A DNA stretch of 64,000 bases from Chlorokybus atmophyticus. Its lineage: Eukaryota > Plantae > Mesostigma and Chlorokybus algae. The stretch's first letter is position 1. Each line of letters begins with the position of its first letter. The notes below the pieces were generated by a model that was given only the letters and a program-made list of their open reading frames with translations, searched no databases and was not told the origin of the DNA. The position numbers were made by a program, and so were the translations under genes. The stretch covers positions 1,558,190 to 1,622,189 of the forward strand of contig RHPI01000810.1 of assembly GCA_009103225.1 (NCBI GenBank), in the 5' to 3' direction. Positions 21,044 through 33,752 of the stretch are shown here, piece by piece.

Positions 21044-23868
21044 CGCCACACATGGGCGGCTAGAGCAATGCAACAAAGCACAGCTGTCGCCTAGAAGATC
21101 GGCTCCGCCACCAATGCGACCGCCGCCTCCGCCGGCGGCGGTGCCGCAAACCCTACCGCCACGTGGCACGTTGCTAACTGCCAGCCGCGGCGCAAAGCAG
21201 CAGTCGCTGTGAGCTTGGGCCATCATGCAGGCCAAAGGGTCTTTTTCAGCTTCGCTGGTACTTTGTCAACAGCCAACGCTCTGAACTAATAGATGATCTG
21301 CTACATTTCTACATGCGTTGTGTTTCTTGGATTTCAGTTGCAAGATTGCTGATGCCATCAGCATTTGTTGCAGAATCATTGGTTTCATTGAAAATTTGCA
21401 CAACGACATTCGATGATACCATCAGATAACATTAGGGAAGATGTTCAAGTAGACTAAACAAGGCTTCAGTAGACTTGTATTCTTTATTTTATCTGATTGA
21501 TGCAGTCATGCATAATCTATCAAGAGTGCACTATGTTGTTCAATTGCGACAGCTGACTAGAAGGAATTCCATTATTTATGTGAATTAAAGCATGCATTAG
21601 GCTTGCGGGTAAAATTCATTAGATAGTACAAACGTTGTCCGTCATGATTAAGCGTAACGCGTGTGAAGAACGTTCTTCACACGTTCACATGTTCGTTAAC
21701 GAACAAGAAATGCAAATTGTGTATTCAATTTGCAAACACTACATGTGAAGTGTTCCGAAGAGGGGGGGGGGGGGGGGGGNNNNNNNNNNNNNNNNNNNNN
21801 NNNNNNNNNNNNNNNNNNNNNNNNNNNNNNNNNNNNNGGGGGGGGGGGGGGGGGTATGTTGCCGCAAATGATCGCTTATAACCGCAATAGTCTTCATTGA
21901 TGCAATTGTTAAATCCATTATTGATTTGGTTGCACATGTGTATTTATGCAAATGGCCGGTGCACACTTATTTACAGTATCGTTGTTTAGAACCATTCGTG
22001 TCGGTTTTCACAAAATTGCAAAGGTTGCTAACCGATAAACCCAGCGATTGCGTAGAAATGGTCGCCGTATGAGCGCTAATGGCAACGTGCATATCGTCTA
22101 CCTACCCTCAATTGCATAAAGTCCCGAGATTGCAAAAAGTGCTAACAGCAATCATGGCAATATTAATTGGCACGATTGCCTACAATTATTAATATTCAAT
22201 AGCACCGCGTCTTACATACCAGCTGTCGCGTGTATGTATGTCTTCTATCATCTATTATGCTCCCTTATGTTATGTTGTTGACCGATCGGCGGCCACATGT
22301 TGAATGCAACAAATGCCACCCGCAACGTACTTATATATGCACACCGCTGCTGGTGCGAAATCCCGGTGCAGAGGGCACCACACCCCATGTTGGACGTGGC
22401 AACACTAGCTAAGCTAAATGTCGTTGTTCACAAGCACATCGTTTCGTGAGACGCACCATTTACAGGGCACATTTTGTGTATGAGCTTGTGCTATTGATTC
22501 CTACACTAGATTCCTCAGCTGGCTATAGCGAGCAGCAACCAATAGCCAGGCTGCAGCAGTCCTTGGCCAACAAGCATCAGGTGCTCGGGTTTGTATAATA
22601 TAGCATGCAAGGATTTGTACTTGTTTTGGCTGGTGTGCAGGGGATTACGAGCGGGTGTGCGACGATAGCAAGCACGCTGGCATTGGGCACCAGCGTCAAC
22701 GACAGACATGAAGTGCAAGCAAGTTGCGACGATGCAGTGCGGGGAGCACTTGGTGCCCGCACATATAGAATTAGGTCTTGCATCTGCTCATGACTTCACT
22801 AATGAATTGCATGCTGTGCACATGTTGCATGCGATGCATGTCTAACCCTAGCCCTAATCCTAACGGACTCAAAGTCCGCGACTGGCGGCAGTGGTGTTGT
22901 GTTGTGGCAGTGGCTTGTGGCGGTGGGGGGTAGCTAAGTGGCGGCGGGGTTCAGCACTTCATGCACACATAGCACACCCACATCACTTGCACCTCATATC
23001 TTATCCTATCCCTGCCTGGTGAACTCACGCCCCCCTTCGCCCGCAGGTTGTCCTCCTACTAATGTTGCTTGCATTGTACACTCCCATCCCATCCCTGCTG
23101 CACGCACTTGCAGTGCACATGGGTTAATGGGTATAGGTAGAGTGTGTAGACTGTCCCCCCAAGTCAAATCTTATCTCGGTGTCCATGTGCTTGTGCCTAG
23201 TGCTACATATGTTTTATGCTTTGTAGGTTAGCTTGCATGTCTCTCATACCGTATACATGTACAGACAATGCGGGTCGTGCTTGTGCCATCGGCACTGGTC
23301 ACCCCATACTTGGCTGTCATTCTCCCTGAGATGTGCTTAAAACATTCAAAGTCATCAATCTAATTGTTGTGCTTGCTGATGTGCGTGCTATGGAAACACT
23401 CAGCAGCCGGAGTTGGATGTCACGCGATGTAAAGGTGTTGCTCGCAGCTGAGGGTCACAACATATGCGGATGACAACGTTCATACCATGGCGGCGCATTG
23501 CACCTCAGTCAGGTGAGCTTGTGCCCAACCATGCACACAAACGCGATGTGGCCCCACTTTGTTCACCCGACATTTCAGTAGACGCTCTGCAAGTCAGCTG
23601 ATGGCAAGCTCGGTGGCTTCGTGGTGCCCTTTTGCGCACCGAGCAGCTAAGCGTTGCACTGGAGCCACGTAGCCCATAAGAGGGTGAGCCTAACTGCACC
23701 TGTGCATGATATGACCCCACTCCAGCCCCAACGCAGACTTGATGACAGGCTGTCAACTCAGCTTGTATACGATGACAGGCACACCAAGCAATCAACCAAG
23801 CACAACATGCAGACATGTACAGTTACAGCGCGTGCAACAACACCAATTATACAGGTGTCAGGACCAGC

Positions 23869-24973
23869 CTAGTAGTTCTGCTTGTTGAGGATGATGCCCT
23901 CGTACTTGGTTTGGAACCACTTCATGGCATCCTCCTTGGTGATGCGGTGCTGCACACCAACCTGATGGCACGTAACGATGAATGAATATCAATTGCATAA
24001 CCTGCATCAGTATCAGAACCTGCTGCAGTGGACAGTGATGCAGCCCCCGCAACTGCACAAGTATGCACGTACCGAGCTCTTGCAGCGCTTGCGGCGGCCA
24101 ACGCGGAAGCCTGGTCGCTCAAGAACAACATAGAAATCCATGCCATAGATACCGGTGGAAGGATCGTACCTGAAAGCATGCCGAGACACTGAGAAAATCT
24201 GATTCATGATGAAAGATTTTCTACACGTAAAATGGCTGCTACTCACTTGATGCCCAAATCAATGTGCTCCTGAATGCCGAACCCAAAGCAGCCATTGTCT
24301 GAGAAGTTGCGGCGCAGCAGCTCAAACTCCTTCACCTTCAGGCCAGACTCCAGCAACTGCAGGGCCTTCTCACCGCGCACAGTGACATAGCAGGCAATCT
24401 TCTCATTACGTCGGATACCGAAACTACGCACCGTGTATCGCGCTGCGCACATAACATAAGCGATCGCCTCTAGTTCTTATGTGCAATGCCACTACAGTAC
24501 TGATGAGCAACAACCTCGCCATGCGTCCCAGTCATGAGCAAACCCTAAGCAACCACTGCATTGTAAGTGGTGACTGAAGGGCACAAACCTTTTGTGAACA
24601 CAGGCTGCTGACCAGAGAGCTGCTCCAGCACCTGTAATGCACCACATACGTCTGTTTGTGACCCTGAACTCAGCAGACTCCTCCCAATCAACCACAAGGT
24701 GAAAGCTCCTCTTCCATCCAAAACCTAACCTAACCCTACCTTGGAGGCACGCGTAAGCCTATCGCCCGACTCGCCTACAGAGCAGTTCAGCACGAGCTTC
24801 TGCACCCTGATCTCACGCATAGAGTTGGCAAGCTTCTTCTCTTGCACCTGAGGAGCAGCATCAGACCAACCCTCATCACTCCAGCCCCAACAGACACAGA
24901 GCCGAAAATGACGCTAACAAAAGCGGAGCATACACACGCGGTACCCCGACACGCCACGCCCCATGCTCACCAT
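23869..24973 (-). CDS. RPL11: 60S ribosomal protein L11 (uL5), 6 exons
   Basis: Exons 24973-24971, 24847-24740, 24631-24589, 24442-24247, 24169-24073 and 23961-23869. They read M|[36 protein letters not shown]|VLEQLSGQ...[18 protein letters not shown]...[12 protein letters not shown]...[12 protein letters not shown]. Confidence 0.98.
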
Positions 24974-25361
24974 TTTGACGCCGCGTCGGCAGCCGCCGTC
25001 GCCTGCTCCGCCGCCCGCCCAAAGAGACCACGCCAATGTCGCCGCCCCCGCCTTGCGCCCAGCAAAGGTCTTACACAAACCGCGACGGCCGCCGCAGGCG
25101 AAAACCACTCTCGCAGCCGAAAAAATCCGCCTGCAAGTTCAGCCCGGATTGTCACGTTCAATTAGTCTGTTGATTCGCTGAACCAGCCGATCAATGAACC
25201 GCGGTGGTTTTTTGTCGGAGTTCGGGTTTTCTGGAATCTAGGGGCTTTATGAGCTTGCGGACTGTGTTTATGGGCTTGCCGCCGCCGGGCCGGCGACGCA
25301 CATAACGACGTGCGGGCGGACATCGAGGAGGTCGCCAGCGACGAGAGGGGCCGGTGCGTTA

Positions 25362-25385
25362 TTAGGGTTTGGCGAATTAGGGTTT
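25362..25385. promoter_or_regulatory. Two telo-boxes (TTAGGGTTT) in the RPL11/Snf2 divergent region
   Basis: TTAGGGTTT at 25362-25370 and 25377-25385, with a site II TGGGCT at 25271-25276. These are established plant elements of translation and proliferation genes. Confidence 0.55.
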
Positions 25386-25443
25386 GAGTTGGGAGGTTGG
25401 CGGGAAGAAGTTGCGTTTGAGCTGGAGCGCAGCTTCGCCCTGT

Positions 25444-28400
25444 ATGGGCGAGCTGATGGGAGCGGGCAGCCTGCTGGTGCGGGAGGACGGGGCGGCGAGC
25501 GGCGGCGGCGGGGTCGGCGTGGGCGGTGGAGCTGTCGGTGGCGATGGGGTGGATGATGGGTACCGCCGCCTCGTTGGGGCGGTTCAGCGGGCGCGGCGGG
25601 CCGGCGTCGCTGCCGACGACCCGAGGCTGCAGGCGCTGGGTCGGCTGGCTGCGGAGGAGAGGGCGCGGGCCTGGTTGGCCGCAGGGTCTGCTGGCGACAA
25701 TGACGGCGATGAGGGCGGCGGTGCTGCCACCGCCCTCGTCGCTCAGCTTAGGGCGCAGTTGAAGGCTTTCACCCTGTTGTCCAGAAATGCGCCTGTGTCC
25801 AGCCAGCTCCTGTCGGCTGCTACCGCTGATTGCGTCCCTTTCCCCTCCCCACCAGCACTCAACAAGCTGCAGGTCAGTGTTCTGTGCTGGTCATTGTTGT
25901 AGGTGGGCAGCAAATATTCAATATGTCTTGCATGCTGGCGTGTATCTTAGCAGCTGCAAACGACGGACAAGGTGATGATTCTTGATGCAAGGAAAGCGTG
26001 CTCCATCGCTTACATGTGATTGGGTACACCAGCAGGATGTTGCACGACCAGCATTGCCAGCTGGTGCGGTGGACCAGTCAAGTGACGGTGAGGTGGCGGT
26101 ACACAATGGCCCACCTGCCATGCCGGTTGTGGTACGGGAAGGATCAGGATCGCCGGCACCTGATTGTCAACAGCTACCGTACGCGCAGCTCAAACAACAG
26201 CGGGAGTCACGCTTCTCAAGCAAGCGAGTAGCACGCATTCAGGAATTGCAGGGTAAGCAGCCCTGCATCTCGATGGGGTTGCATGTTTATCATGTTTATC
26301 TTTGTGCTGACCACTGTGTGTTGTTGCAGAGTTGCAGCAGTGCTTGCCACTGCACTTGCAAAGCGCTTGCTTGATCGAGTTGAAGCAGCTGCAGGTGAGC
26401 TTGCTACCAGGGCAACTGCTTACCCTGCTGCCCCGGCACTCATTGCAATGCTTGACCTGGTAGTCTTGTGTGCAGCTGGTTGGACTGCAGCAGAGACTGA
26501 GGAGTCATGTTGCCTTGGAGAAACGGCTGCAGGAGCATTGCAGCTCTGTAGATACATTATTTGAATGGACAAGGCTGCACCGGTCCAAGAAAGACTTGCT
26601 GCACGCTGAACAGATTGAAGCAGCAGCTGCCGTCGCAGCAGCGGCCGCCTCTGCTGCTGTCGCAAGGGAAAAGGCCTCGGGCATCAGTGATGAAGAGCGC
26701 AGACGAATTGATGCAGAGCGACTTCTTAGGTATGGTATATACCTCAGGGGCTGCTGCCAATTTCCATCCCTGCATGAACATTTGACAATTGCCGTAAGCA
26801 ATGGCTCGCTGATTGTGGGCTGATAACAGGAATGCCGCTGAAGAGCGGGCTCGCGCAGCTGCTGAGCGACGCCGGTTTTTGTTGGAATTGTCAAACCACT
26901 CGCGTGACTTCAGGTCGCATACGTCAGGTGTCGCCAAGAAGAGAAAGCAGACAATGGACTTAGTACAGAATTGGCATGCGCGCGAGCGTGTGCGCGCAGG
27001 CCGTGCAGAAAAGCAACGGCTTATGGCACTTAAGGCAGATGACCAGGAAGCTTACCTCAAGCTGGTGGAAGAGTCCAAGAATGAGCGTTTGAACACGCTC
27101 TTGGGCAAAACAGATGAGCTGCTTCAGCAGCTTGGGACTCTTGTCCGGCAGCAGAAGGGTAAAGGCGGGGAAGATGAGGAGGACGAAGAGTCAGAAGCTG
27201 CGCCTTCAGAGGTTGAAGGCGCTCACCGCGATCTTCTTGCTGGTCAAAAGCGGTACAATGCCATGGTTCACAGAATTGAAGAGAAAGTTGCAGGCCAGCC
27301 TACTTTGCTCCAGGTATGTCGTTGGTTTGCATAGTTCTTGTTCAAGGCTGGGACGGCTCACCTGCTGAGTGTGTGTTGGTTGTGCCTGCCAGGGTGGAAC
27401 GCTTCGGTCGTACCAGGTGGCGGGGTTGCAGTGGATGTTGTCCCTGTACAACAACAATCTGAATGGCATACTAGCCGATGAGATGGGTGAGTGTGCACTA
27501 AGTATTACGCGGACGTACTGATGATTTGCTTGCATGTTGTTTGTGATTAGTCGCAACTAATGTTAGTTGTTGTGACAAGTTATGCTGTCACGTCGTTGGT
27601 GTGATCAGTGTTGCGGCGCGATGCAGTGCGTTTGCATCCTCTCTTCTTACCTAGTCCTTGCATGCCAGGTTTGGGTAAAACAGTGCAGACTATCGCACTG
27701 CTTGCTTACCTCCTGGAGCACAAAGGTGTTCAGGGCCCGCATCTCATTGTTGCACCCAAGGCCGTGTTATCGAATTGGATGCTCGAGTTTAACAACTGGG
27801 TGCCAGACTCCATGGTTGCTGTGTTGTATGACGGTCCTATTGCGGATCGAAGGGTTATTAGGGAGCAGATCGCCAGAGACGGCAGCAACTTCAACGTTGT
27901 TGTCACCCATTACGACTTGATCATGAGGGACAAGGCTTTCCTTTCCAAAATCCAGTGGCATTACATCATTATCGATGAAGGCCATCGCCTCAAGAATCAC
28001 GAATGTCAGCTGGCACGCGCTCTAGCGGGGGCGTACGAGACTATGCATAGACTACTGCTGACTGGCACACCAATCCAGAACTCCCTATCAGAGCTGTGGT
28101 CGCTTCTGAACTTTTTGCTTCCCAGCATCTTCAATTCCCAAACCAATTTTGAGCAGTGGTTCAATGCGCCATTTGCAAACAGCATGGACATTGCGCTTAC
28201 CGATGAAGAAGAGCTGCTTATCATCAACCGCTTGCATCAGGTACATGCTTGCGGCTGATGCTTGCCTTGTTTGGAGTGCGTCATAGCTGACTGGTTGACT
28301 CTGTTGCAGGTTCTTCGACCGTTCTTACTCAGGCGCAAAAAGCTGGAAGTAGAAAAGGAGCTTCCACAGAAGATGAGCATCGTCCTGCGTTGTGATATGT

Positions 28401-29929
28401 CTGCTTGGCAGAAGGTGTACTACAAGCAGATTGTGGAGTCCAGCAGCGTTGGTATTGAAGGCCAGGGCACCAGAGTCAAGGGGCTGCAGAACGTTGCCAT
28501 GCAGCTGCGCAAGTGCTGCAACCATCCGTACCTGTTCCTTACACATGTAAACTACGTCCCCGCACGTGATGATGAAATATTCCGCTCTAGTGGCAAATTT
28601 GAGCTGCTGGACCGCATGCTTCCAAAGCTTCGCGCTGCCGGGCATCGTGTGCTGCTCTTTTCACAAATGACCCGCGCTATGGACATCCTCGAGGACTACC
28701 TCAGTTGGAAGCAGTTCAGATACCTCCGCTTGGATGGCAACACCAAGACAGAGGACAGAGGGGAGTTGCTGCGTGAGTTCAACGCAAAGGACTCTGAGTA
28801 CTTCATCTTCCTGTTGAGCACGCGAGCTGGTGGACTTGGGCTCAACCTGCAGACTGCCGACACTGTCATCATGTTTGACAGCGATTGGAACCCACAGATG
28901 GACCAGCAGGCTGAGGACAGGGCCCATCGCATTGGCCAGAAGAAGGAAGTCAGGGTGTTTGTGCTTTGCTGTGTTGGTTCGGTTGAGGAAGACATCTTGG
29001 CAAGAGCGGACAGCAAGAAGGCCATTGATGCAAAAGTCATTCAGGCCGGTATGTTCAACAACTCCGCAACAGCACAAGAACGAAGAGAGTTCCTTGAAGA
29101 GGTGTTGCGGCGCGGCACGGAGTCCTTGGGTCGCGATGTGCCGAGTGAACGGGAAACTAACCGGCTGATAGCGCGGTCTGACGATGAATTCCGAATGTAC
29201 GAGCGCATGGACAAGGAGAGACGGCTGCGTGAGCAGTACACCGCGCGGCTCTTGACTGAGGACGAGCTGCCAGACTGGGTGTTCCAACCAGAAGACATAT
29301 CGAAGAAGAATGCAGACTCGCAACAGGCGGATGGAGATGGTACACTAACAGGCAGGCGGGTGCGCAAAGAAGTGCAGTATGCGGACGTACTCACCGACAG
29401 GCAGTGGCTTCAGGTAGTGTGTCTTTGCTGCTTATTGCATGCATCTACAAGCAAGCGTTGTGCGCTCAGTCTCATGAGGTGCTTTACCATTCTCCCACAG
29501 GTTGTGGACAATGGGGGTGATCTGCAGAGTGCAGTGCAAAAAGAGAAGGCAAAGCACAAGCAGAAATCTGCCAGTCACAAGCTAACTGCAGACGATTCAC
29601 AGGGCACAGAAACAATTGGCAATGCACCCGATGGCAAGAAGAAGAAAAAGAAGAGCCTGCACCAGCACGCACTCGAAAACAACACCAATGGGTGGATGCC
29701 GGCATCCCGCTCGGATTCTGGCAATGACTCCAGAGAGTTGCATGTTGGCAATCACCCCAAAACAATGAAGCGGCCTCGCAGTGGGAGCGCTCTCGCTGAT
29801 GAAGATGAATTGTCTAACAAAGACAAGCGCTCAAGGTCCGGAACTATGAAAGCGGAGTATGAGAGTGATGCCAGTGAGCACGTTTCTCGCCCCAAACGCA
29901 AGCACTCGAAACGCCATCTTCATCATTAA
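25444..29929 (+). CDS. CHR12: SWI/SNF Snf2-subfamily ATPase, CHR12/CHR23 (MINU)-type, spliced
   Basis: QLQ ([13 protein letters not shown]), HSA-like region, NGILADEMG|[50 protein letters not shown] and SnAC ([12 protein letters not shown]). No bromodomain. Confidence 0.9.
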
Positions 29930-30910
29930 CCCCTGTACAGAGTTGGTGTGTTCTTCCTTCTTGCTTGACTGTGGTAGAATTCTTTGTGTCGTATATTGTG
30001 GAGTGGCAGGCTGTGCCTTGCTTTCTCATTATTCCTTTGACACACGCACACGCACACGCACACGCACACGCACACATGTGCAGAGGAGGTGTTGGCTGTG
30101 CATCTCCTCTGCTTTGTGCCAAGTGGATTTTATACAACGACATTGAGGTTGCAGAGTGTATGTATGGGTTCAGACAAGTAGGGGGAAGTCAGCACAATAT
30201 ACAAGCCAGCACGTCTGAAGTTGTCCTAGTCTTCCCTGTGCATATCTAGCTGTGTGTGCAAAACAGGACATCAGGTGTGGTGTTGATTACCCAAAACAGA
30301 AGGGGACATGACCTTACATCAAGGTATGCCATTGTTGCTGCATGCGCATGCAGCGCGTGATGACAATGTGCAGTGAAATGCAATCCAAGCCAGATTTACA
30401 TGCCTCAATCAGAATTGCGTCCCCAGGTCAGGCATTGGGACAAGTGTCACGACTTTGTTAGCGCTCTCAGGAACAATTTCACTGGTACTGTGACCGGCAG
30501 CAGGCAAGGTGTCTGGTGGTACTCAGCATGTGTCACACAACCTGTTACACCGGTATGTGTTCAATTGATCGTGCCTGGCGGTGGATGGTTAACCTCTCCC
30601 TGCTGCTCCCCCGCGGTGCTCTGCAGGTGCTTCCTTTGCTGCTTGCTGCTACCCCTTCCCTCTGCCCACACTCCTCACACGGTCTATAGTTTGTGCACTA
30701 AGCTATAGCCTAGTGGGGCCCCCCACCCCATTGTTTTTGCCTTGCTTGTGCTGTAATATCAATCTTTGCTGTGTTGTGCTTGCTTGCTTGACTGATTGGC
30801 CCCAATCCATATGTTGTGTACTATGCCTACCGATAATCAGGCATGGATACACAGACGGAAAGTACACATGTACATCTGCTCACATATCTTCTAATATACA
30901 GCAATGCGCG

Positions 30911-33055
30911 CTATGGTACATTATACAGTTGCGTTTCATCTGGAGGAGTCGAGGGTTTGGTTGCCTGCTGATCCTGACCAACCGGTGACTGCTTACTGGT
31001 TTCCCAGTTGAGTCCAACAAAACCCAACACCATGATCACCCCACCCACTATGAGAAAGAAGCTCAGCCTGATCTGCCCCAACAGCGTGTCCCTCGCCACA
31101 GCGATGGGGATCTGTATCGACATGCCCACCGTGGCCACTGTTGGTGATGTCAACAGCACCGCGCGAGCCCACAAGTAGTCGCTCAACACATTGTCCGCCA
31201 GCCCTGTCAGCATGTGTGTAAGAGAGAGCAACTGCGCATGTGCGTGTGCGCGTGCACATACACGATTTGCGGTGTGTGTGATGTGATGCACCTCACCCAC
31301 CTTTAACGATTATCAACATGGACAGCTTGGGCGTTAGGGCTGCCAAACCGGATACGCCAAGCGCACACTGAGTGAGCAGTACCGGCAGCAGCAGCACTGC
31401 ATTGAACAGTCCAACAAACCTGCCAGGGGCATCAATCAGTGGCTTATGTAGTGTACATATGCTGCTTTAAGTTATAGTATGTACCGCCATTGATACTTGC
31501 CACATGCACAAGCGAATCTACACGCAAGCAGGTTCGTAATTGCCCACGCACTCTAATGCACATGCACACTCGCACTACACAAAGCCACATGCGCGCATAC
31601 ACACGCATACGCACATGCACACAAAGAGTGGTACATTGAGCACATTCCCACAGCATACCCGAAGAAGAGTGTCATGCTCGTGTTGCCATCTTCCGGCAGG
31701 TTGCGTCTGAGATACGTCGTGTAGCAGGCGTATACGAAGGCGGATGCGAGACACAACATGTCCCCCGCGAGGGTGTTGTGGGCCTCCTCTCCCTCTTTCT
31801 TGTCGGCCACCGCCACGAAAGCCGTGCCCAACACGCACCCGAACACCGACACAAGCTTCCCCCACGCAAACGGTTCGGATAACAACAACACGGAGAGGAA
31901 GTATGTGAAGAGGCTGGATGACGAGCTCAGGATAGTGTTGGACTGCAAGCAAGCGGGAATATGTGCATGTGTCCGTGTGCGCGTTCGCGCGTGTGTGCGT
32001 GTGCATGTGCGCGTGTGCGTGTGTGTGCGTGTGGGTTCACACACTTCCTCTGCAGCTTTGTTTGGATGGGCACATAAACCACACGACTGCACAGAACTTA
32101 CTGTCACTGTGGTGAGTTGAAGGGATGCGTTGAACAGCAGCTGCGCTCCAAACCACAGCGGGCAGAAGAAGACCGCGAGCAGCGCCGTGTCGCGGTACTG
32201 ATGAAACCGCCTCGCCCCGTGCGGGCTTCCCCCATTGACGCCACTACTAGTCAACACAGGCGACCGCATGGAGAAACTGTCTTCGGGAGATAAGATCGCC
32301 TCACGCTCTACTCCATCGCCCTCATCAATGGCAAACAAACCTGCGATGAGAAGGATGATAAGCAGCAGCTTACATGCGTGTGTGCTTGTGCGTCTCTGTG
32401 TGCGTGTGCGCGTGCGTGTGCATGCCATGGTCGTGATACTGTTCTTGTACCGTGGCGTCTGCGCAGGCGGCCGATCTTCTTCTTTCTCAGCCATTTGGAG
32501 GCCTCGTGCAGCGGCAGATAGATGATGAACAGGGCGTTGCAGATGTACGTAACGACAAACGCGGGCACGCCCTGCATAGCGAGGGACATTACAACACAAC
32601 TTGTGTGTAGCCGAGTGCGCGCACGCGTGCTTGCGTGTGACATGACATAACGTCGTATGGGATGCATGGCATCATGACAGTGAGTGTGCGCTTTGCACGC
32701 TTGCTTTCTGCGTAACAACACGCGTGTACATGTGCTCTTGACCACTTACACAACCCTCAACGGGTAGCAACACAACGATATGAGCATCACTACTACTTGT
32801 TGAACAAAGCTGTGGAGCAATTTAAGCATGCATGTCACTACGGTCACATGCACACGCACACGCACAATGCATGCACGCATGCATGCCAGCGCACTCGCAC
32901 GTACTTGTTTGAGTACACACAACAACACAAGAACTAGTGACTGCTCTCACCTGCGCCTCAACGTCCTTTACAACAAAGGATGCCGCCACCCATATGAGCG
33001 CCACCAGCAGTATGAAGAGCAGCCCCTTGTAGTAGTTGCCACTGCTCACATCCAT
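30911..33055 (-). CDS. EamA/DMT-family transporter, SLC35F5/THI74-like, spliced
   Basis: KGLLFILLVALIWVAASF, FCPLWFGAQLLFNASLQLTTVT|SNTILSSSSSLFT, GDMLCLASAFVYACYTTYLR and DNVLSDYLWARAVLLTSPTVATVGMSIQIPIA. Confidence 0.9.
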
Positions 33056-33752
33056 GCCAGCAGTCGCCAGCAGCTGCGCCTCACAGTGCTCATGCACGCA
33101 TTCTTCTATACGCACAACTGCTGCTTGTGTGTATTAACGAAAAAAAGAAGCAGACGCCCTGTCACAGCATGAACAGAAATTATTAAGCAAGTGAAGTGAA
33201 GCCATGCTAACTTGACAATTACAGGCAAGCTTCAGAAGGCACTCCGATGCATGTCCATTATGGAAGCTGTTGCTTACTTGTTGTGTTCACTCAAGAATGC
33301 AAGGCAGCGTAAGTAAGCGCAAGCAAGAAAGAGCAGGCAAGAGTGCTTCAAGCTTGCATTGGACAGGCAAGCTGGGCAGCTTCACACTGAAGCAGAGTGC
33401 TTCTTTTCATGCGGATTGACAATGTGTGTCGTGATCGGTTACTCGTCAAGCACCTTTAAAACCAAAAGACAGAGTCGAGCAAGATAGCTAGTTGCAGCTC
33501 CTTGTCCGGCAGGCCTGGCCTGGCCTGGCCTGGTCTGACCTGGTCCTCGTCTGGTGCTTGTCCTTGTCCTGGACGTGGGCCTAGGCGTGCGTGCGTTTGC
33601 GTGTTGCGTGGGCCTTGTAGAAGGCCGCCCCAACAACACCTGCCCGCCCAACGGCCTGGCCTGGTCTAGTAGAGTGGCCACTAGACCAGGGCAAGCTTCA
33701 GCTTGTGTGTCCGTTGGGCGGCGGCGGTGGCGGCGGCGTGGGCGGCGGCGAA

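Noticed and set aside
21761-21854. Poly-G tracts around N gaps (also 7569-7591, 10247-10276, 46887-46974) as G-quadruplex elements
   Set aside because: All adjoin Ns, so their lengths and continuity are probably sequencing or assembly artefacts.
22843-22865. CCCTAG/CCCTAA/CCTAA cluster as an interstitial telomere
   Set aside because: Only three or four degenerate units; too short to support.
22515-23816. Short ORFs between the SEC16-like gene and RPL11
   Set aside because: No motifs or coding-like bias; probably intergenic or UTR.
33500-33690. GGCCT/GGTCT pentamer repeats as a CRISPR-like or mobile array
   Set aside because: Irregular low-complexity repeats without spacers, in the SLC35F5-like/TGD1 divergent promoter.
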